A stretch of 40,000 nt of DNA, taken from the sequence record AP017903.1. One strand, written 5' to 3'. The notes below the pieces were generated by a model. It searched no databases. It was not told where the DNA came from and saw only the letters and a program-made list of their open reading frames with translations. Shown one piece after another: positions 36,316 to 40,000 of this stretch (its first letter is position 1; every line of letters starts with the position of its first letter). The translations under genes were made by a program, and so were the position numbers. The DNA is from Azobacteroides phage ProJPt-Bp1.

Positions 36316-37275
36316 ATGTATAATCCTTTACATAATGTTCTTCTGATTGGAACAACAATATCAACAAATACTGAAAATACTAGTGTTGATACCCTGACAG
36401 CAGGACAGCTTTCTCTTGTATTTGCACGTACAGGAATAATAGTAAGAAGCAGCGGAAATATGGCTAATATAGCAGGATTGCCAGTTTATATGGCATACAA
36501 AAAGAACAATGGAGATTTAGTAGCATCGCCTGCTTTTAAAGTTGAAACTGCAGTCATAGCTCGTACAAAGGCTTATGTGCCGATGACGCCTAGAGCAGAT
36601 ACAGTCACATTACCAGGTACTTTCGCCGCAGGTTCGACATACACAATAAGCTTATTGCTTCAAATGCCTGACTTACCTAGGCCTTATACCGAATTTATGG
36701 TATCTATGGTTTCTGGAGGAACATTCACTACACAAGATGAATGCGCTATAGAATTAGCAAGATTACTTAATGCACATCCAGTAATTAAAAAAGCCATTAC
36801 AGCAACTAGAGCAGGAGCAGTTATAACAATAACTGAAAAAATTCCTGACTATGATATTATGCAACGTCAACGGTTTGTAAGAAACCAGTATCAAATAAAA
36901 GCTACTGCAAAACTTGCTGCAGCTAATAGTCAACCAACAGCTCTAGTTCCGGCTTCAACAGCTGCATATACACCAGGACATGGAGCATGGCAGTTAGTAT
37001 CAGACCTTGAAAAAAGAAGCCAAGGACGGTTTGGAATAACAAACATTACTGAATTCCCTGTCACATTGCCTTCTACAATGACTATTCAAGGAAGAGCTTA
37101 TTCAGGAGTGTCAATACAAGCTAGAATACCAGATCGCGATGCAGCTAATGCGCCTATAACACGAGACATATATATTCAAACATACCAATTTCGTGGTGAT
37201 GGAGCCGATATGGCAGTAGATGCAGCAGCTGGGCTAACAGATATAACACAACAGCTTACTAACGCAGGTTTTTAA
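36316..37275 (+). CDS. Virion protein, tandem paralogue 2
   Basis: LNAHPVIKKAITATRAGAVITITEK and GHGAWQLVSDLEKRSQGRFGITNITEFPVTLP align with the previous ORF. Confidence 0.6.
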   Translation: MYNPLHNVLLIGTTISTNTENTSVDTLTAGQLSLVFARTGIIVRSSGNMANIAGLPVYMAYKKNNGDLVASPAFKVETAVIARTKAYVPMTPRADTVTLPGTFAAGSTYTISLLLQMPDLPRPYTEFMVSMVSGGTFTTQDECAIELARLLNAHPVIKKAITATRAGAVITITEKIPDYDIMQRQRFVRNQYQIKATAKLAAANSQPTALVPASTAAYTPGHGAWQLVSDLEKRSQGRFGITNITEFPVTLPSTMTIQGRAYSGVSIQARIPDRDAANAPITRDIYIQTYQFRGDGADMAVDAAAGLTDITQQLTNAGF

Positions 37276-37303
37276 GATATAGATATATTTAAATTTTTAA
37301 TCC

Positions 37304-38458
37304 ATGCCAGAGGAAAACAGTGAAGTACTCGACTTGATGGATACTTCCAACGATTCATTCGCTGGAATGCCAAAGTGGAGTGACGAAACGGGGACAGACG
37401 GGCAACAACAAGCCCAGGATGGCACACCTGCACCTCAGCAGGCCCCACCAGAGCAGCCGCAGGCACAACAACCTGAAGCTAAGCCGGAACAGAAAGAGGA
37501 AAAGACAGAAGCTCAAGCACCTGAAGAAGATGCCTTCAAAGACCAGAAGCCTTATGATGAGGAAGAGGAGGAAGGCGGAGCTGATGAGCCTGCTCCACAA
37601 GAGCAAGGAGAGCCACTAACCGAAGAGGGCGAACTAGTTAATAAATGGTTCGACGTTTTGGTGGACGAATACGGTTGGGGAAATATACCCGAAGAAAATC
37701 GTCCAAAGGATATGAAACAGTTTTCCGAGTATGTCGTAGACATTATTCGAGAGAATTCTGTTCCACAATATTCTCACCCAGATGTACAAGCTCTCGACGA
37801 GTATGTGAAGAATGGTGGAGACATTAACACTTATCTTCGCACGGCTTCTGAGATTAATTATGACAATGTCAACATCAATAATCCGCATGATTGCCAGATG
37901 GTTATCGCGCACAACTTGAGGTTGCAGGGTTTTAATGATAAGCAGATAGCCCACAAGATAAACAAGTACACTGAAGCAGGATTACTGCAAGACGAAGGTG
38001 CATCATCATTAGCAATAATGAAGAGTTGGTCAAACAGCCAAAAGCAAGCACTCGTACAGAGACAGCAGCAAGAGGCGCAAGCAGCTCAACAACAGGATGC
38101 AGGGTTCGTACAGGCCGTAGCCAGTGTGATGGATCAGACACAAGAGGTGTTTGGCATGCCGCTCTCTAGGAGAGACAAAGCCGAGCTCTTTGAGTATATG
38201 TTCACTCCGGTGAATGAGTATGGTCACTCACGGTTTGCTTTAGATTACTCCAGCAATCCAGACTTCTTAGTCAGGAACGCTTACTTGTGTATGAAGAAAG
38301 ATAAGGCGTCAAGGAACCTCCGTTCAGCGGGAGAGAAAGATGCAATGAGTAGATTCAGGGATACTATTGCTAGACAGAATGTAACAAGAACAAAATCAGC
38401 TCCACGAAAGGGTCGCTCAGATGAGAGCCGTCCATTCTGGGAGATAGCTAAAATATAA
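37304..38458 (+). CDS. Putative capsid scaffold/assembly protein
   Basis: 384 aa; low-complexity P/Q/E/A-rich acidic N-terminus, Gln/Ala-rich helix, basic C-terminus; immediately upstream of the probable capsid gene. Confidence 0.5.
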   Translation: MPEENSEVLDLMDTSNDSFAGMPKWSDETGTDGQQQAQDGTPAPQQAPPEQPQAQQPEAKPEQKEEKTEAQAPEEDAFKDQKPYDEEEEEGGADEPAPQEQGEPLTEEGELVNKWFDVLVDEYGWGNIPEENRPKDMKQFSEYVVDIIRENSVPQYSHPDVQALDEYVKNGGDINTYLRTASEINYDNVNINNPHDCQMVIAHNLRLQGFNDKQIAHKINKYTEAGLLQDEGASSLAIMKSWSNSQKQALVQRQQQEAQAAQQQDAGFVQAVASVMDQTQEVFGMPLSRRDKAELFEYMFTPVNEYGHSRFALDYSSNPDFLVRNAYLCMKKDKASRNLRSAGEKDAMSRFRDTIARQNVTRTKSAPRKGRSDESRPFWEIAKI

Positions 38459-38475
38459 TTTAACTTAAATCAACA

Positions 38476-39948
38476 ATGGACAATTACATAAGCAAGATGC
38501 AGGTGTACCGCGGTGAAAGACTGCATGGCTTTGTGGATGAAACGATGTTAACAAACGCGTTGAAGTTGGCCCCTAAACAACTACCACAGACCATATCGTT
38601 AATCTACGGTACTCACTATTCTAACTATTCTTCTGGATTGGATTTATTAACTGGAGGATTAGGCCATAAGATTGAGCTAGATAAGCCGTCTTATGAATGG
38701 ACAATCGAGGTAGAAGACACAGCACCAGTAGATGTTATTTGTGCTTACTCATTAGGCACATTAGTTTTAGCAGCTGCTAATGCAGGAAAGAACCTCGCAA
38801 CTTTTCAAATAGTATTAAAGGAACCAGCATTCGGTGCAGGTGCAATAATAGAGCTAGATGATAAAAATTATCAGCTACGTATAATGAATGAACCAAATCC
38901 ACGTGATGGATATTGGGAATATGATGTAGTAAATGCAACAGGAGACCCTACTTTGGAAATACCAGGCAAGTACCTTCAATCAACAAACAAGGTTACTCGT
39001 GCAGGTAGTGCATACGAAGAAGGATCAGACGAAGCAGATATCATCAGCTACTCAACTGGTATGAAATTCCGCAACTATCCAACGATCATGCGTTTGAAAG
39101 TTGATATTACCGGTTCAGCAAAGTCTGATGTATTAGCATTCGCTCTTAAAGACCCTGCTTCAGGCAAATCATCATACTTATGGGCAGACTTCCAGATATG
39201 GAAAGCTACTCGTGACTTCATGATGCGTCGTGATTACCAAGCATGGATGGACAAATCAACCGTTCGCGCTGATGGCACATTCTTATTGAGAGGTAAGAAA
39301 AATGTTATCAAACGTTCAGCTGGTATAGACGAACAGATTTCACCAACAAACATTCTTCAGTACACTGAATTGTCAGAAGAAATTCTAGACAACTTCACCA
39401 TGATGTTATCATACGCTGTTAAAGGCATGAATGAACGTAAGTTCTTAGTCTTAACTGGCGAAATGGGAATGCGTGAATTTGACCGTGTATTGAAAGCTAA
39501 ATTAGGAACATTGAACGTACATGTTGAAGACACTAAGTTTGTTAGCGGAAGCGGACAAAACTTGAGCTTCGGTGGACAATTCACCTCATGGAAGTTCCCT
39601 AATGGTATAGAAATCAACTTAAAGTTGCTTCCTATATTAGATGACATTCAACACAACCGTCGTTTACATCCTGTATCAAAGAAGCCTATTTCTTCATACA
39701 CTATGTATTTCATCGACAACACGTTCCGTAATGGTCGTTCAAATATTGTTAAGCTTTACAAGAAAGACCGTGAGTTCGTATCTTGGGTTATTCCTGGTTC
39801 TTGCTCACCAAGCGGATTCCAAAAAGGAACAAACTCTTTTGGAGCAAACCCAATCGACGGATATTCAGTACACTTCTTATCAGAAGTTAGCTATGCTATC
39901 CTAGACCCACGCGGATGTGGTAAGTTAGAGTACGCTCTAGCAGACTAA
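38476..39948 (+). CDS. Probable major capsid protein (490 aa)
   Basis: Size, location after scaffold-like gene, and sequence character (e.g. NFTMMLSYAVKGMNERKFLVLTGEMGMREFDRVLKAK; PISSYTMYFIDNTFRNGRSN) fit HK97-fold MCPs of the crAss-like type. Confidence 0.6.
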   Translation: MDNYISKMQVYRGERLHGFVDETMLTNALKLAPKQLPQTISLIYGTHYSNYSSGLDLLTGGLGHKIELDKPSYEWTIEVEDTAPVDVICAYSLGTLVLAAANAGKNLATFQIVLKEPAFGAGAIIELDDKNYQLRIMNEPNPRDGYWEYDVVNATGDPTLEIPGKYLQSTNKVTRAGSAYEEGSDEADIISYSTGMKFRNYPTIMRLKVDITGSAKSDVLAFALKDPASGKSSYLWADFQIWKATRDFMMRRDYQAWMDKSTVRADGTFLLRGKKNVIKRSAGIDEQISPTNILQYTELSEEILDNFTMMLSYAVKGMNERKFLVLTGEMGMREFDRVLKAKLGTLNVHVEDTKFVSGSGQNLSFGGQFTSWKFPNGIEINLKLLPILDDIQHNRRLHPVSKKPISSYTMYFIDNTFRNGRSNIVKLYKKDREFVSWVIPGSCSPSGFQKGTNSFGANPIDGYSVHFLSEVSYAILDPRGCGKLEYALAD

Positions 39949-39965
39949 GCGTAAGTATAAATTTC

Positions 39966-39977
39966 GGGGGTGACCCC
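39966..39977 (+). promoter_or_regulatory. Short hairpin with GNRA-type loop between MCP and the next gene
   Basis: GGGG-GTGA-CCCC just upstream of ATGAACATC. Confidence 0.3.
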
Positions 39978-40000
39978 ATGACATAATAGATATGAACATC

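Noticed and set aside
1-40000. TAG stop-codon reassignment as in some crAss-like phages
   Set aside because: Long ORFs are intact under the standard code, several genes end at TAG at plausible boundaries (e.g. 13154, 14715), and the only tRNA has a CUG rather than CUA anticodon.

Overview
The window looks like part of a tailed dsDNA bacteriophage genome, probably infecting a Bacteroidota host and possibly crAss-like or a relative. This assignment is inferred from protein patterns and was not confirmed by any search. At the left (1-3.75 kb) is a leftward early/replication block: a primase-like N-terminus, a protein with an SSB-like acidic tip, a Sak4-like (AAA_24) P-loop ATPase and small unknowns. 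A ~1 kb control region (3.75-4.76 kb) follows, with one tRNA-Gln(CUG), inverted repeats/hairpins and a good Bacteroidota-type promoter match, and transcription then turns rightward. From 4.76 to 9.55 kb are small unknown genes, including a run of predicted lipoproteins and a 212-nt overlapping gene pair. From 9.5 to 30.3 kb are very large fibre/adhesin/tail-like proteins: a ~1200-aa repeat shaft with a poly-Asp linker and a glycine-rich hydrophobic segment, two related fibre systems (one possibly split by a +1 frame change), and a tandem pair of ~1000-aa paralogues. From 30.6 kb come the large terminase, connector-like proteins, a tandem paralogous pair, a scaffold-like protein and the probable major capsid protein. 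The best hunt candidates are the repeat-shaft protein with a possible membrane-active segment, the split versus fused fibre architecture, the lipoprotein cassette, the SSB-tip/Sak4 pair and the composition breakpoints inside ORFs. I saw no CRISPR array, reverse transcriptase/DGR, integrase or transposase, and no obvious portal.
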